Shown: in pieces, positions 63,401 to 64,000 of the stretch | How positions within the stretch are numbered: the stretch's first letter is position 1 | Layout: each line of letters starts with the position of its first letter | NCBI GenBank assembly: GCA_964016885.1 | Contig: OZ024746.1 | Span: forward strand, 682,001 to 746,000 | Direction of reading: 5' to 3' | DNA length: 64,000 bases | From: Eledone cirrhosa | Lineage: Eukaryota | Program-made: the position numbers and the translations under genes | The notes under the pieces: model-generated | What the model was told of the DNA's origin: nothing | Database searches by the model: none | Seen by the model: only the letters and a program-made list of their open reading frames with translations

Positions 63401-64000
63401 TTATTACCATATTTCTAATGAAAGACACTGTCTATGTCATTAGCCCTTTCATTACCATATTTCTAATGAAAGACACTGTCTATGTCATTAGCCCTTTCAA
63501 TACCATATTTCTAATGAAAGACACTGTCTATGTCATTAACCCTTTAAATACCATATTTCTAATGAAAGACACTGTCTATGTCTTTAACCCTTTTATTACC
63601 ATATTTCTAATGAAAGACACTGTCTATGTCATTAGCCCTTTCATTATCATATTTCTAATGAAAGACACTATGTCATTAACCCTTTCATTACCATATTTCT
63701 AATGAAAGACACTGCCTATGTAATTAACCCTTTCATCACCATATTTCTAATGAAAGACACTGTCTATGTCATTAACTGTTTCATTACCATATTTCTAATG
63801 AAAGACACTGTCTATGTCATTAACCCTTTCATTAACATATTTCTAATGAAAGACACTATGTGTATAAACCTTTCATTACCATATTTCTAATGAAAGACAC
63901 TGCCTATGTAATTAACCCTTTCATCACCATATTTCTAATGAAAGACACTGTCTATGTCATTAACTGTTTCATTACCATATTTCTAATGAAAGACACTGTC
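51451..64000. repeat. Satellite 3: 48-bp unit (ttaaccctttcattaccatatttctaatgaaagacactgtctatgtca) with 46- and 44-bp variants, >12.5 kb, runs off the window
   Basis: Direct inspection. The unit equals the left terminus of the piggyBac-like MITE (compare 45397-45440 and the reverse complement of 5015-5048). Confidence 0.97.
60770..60880 (+). mobile_element. 111-bp retroposed insert within satellite 3
   Basis: Unique sequence flanked by a direct repeat tatctatat (60761-60769 and 60881-60889), with AATAAA and an A-rich end at its 3' side. Confidence 0.75.

Noticed and set aside
51417-63890. MKDTVYVINPFITIFL repeat ORFs
   Set aside because: Translation of a 48-bp MITE-end satellite, repeatedly broken by 46- and 44-bp variants.

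Overview
Eukaryotic, AT-rich animal DNA. The SINE/RTE repeat repertoire looks octopod-cephalopod; that is an inference. The only host coding sequence I can support is two minus-strand exons of galactose mutarotase (GALM, aldose 1-epimerase) at 8884-9017 and 461-615. The rest is probably GALM intron or flank. About 40 kb is three large tandem arrays with 51-bp, 47/42-bp and 48-bp units, and nearly all long ORFs in the track are artefacts of these arrays. Main observations: (i) the arrays appear to have formed in situ by tandem amplification of short segments of, or abutting, transposable elements. One sits inside the C-terminal coding region of an RLE-type non-LTR retrotransposon, one repeats the TTAA+TIR end of a piggyBac-like MITE, and one starts at the truncated end of an RTE LINE. 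(ii) A Penelope-like element forms a ~2.4-kb fold-back around a GIY-YIG remnant, with a predicted type I hammerhead ribozyme with an unusually long stem II in each arm. (iii) Two inverted MITE copies with independently expanded ends lie inside one GALM intron. (iv) A young TSD-flanked retroposon sits in only one copy of a higher-order repeat. Coordinates were read by eye; boundaries of decayed elements are approximate.
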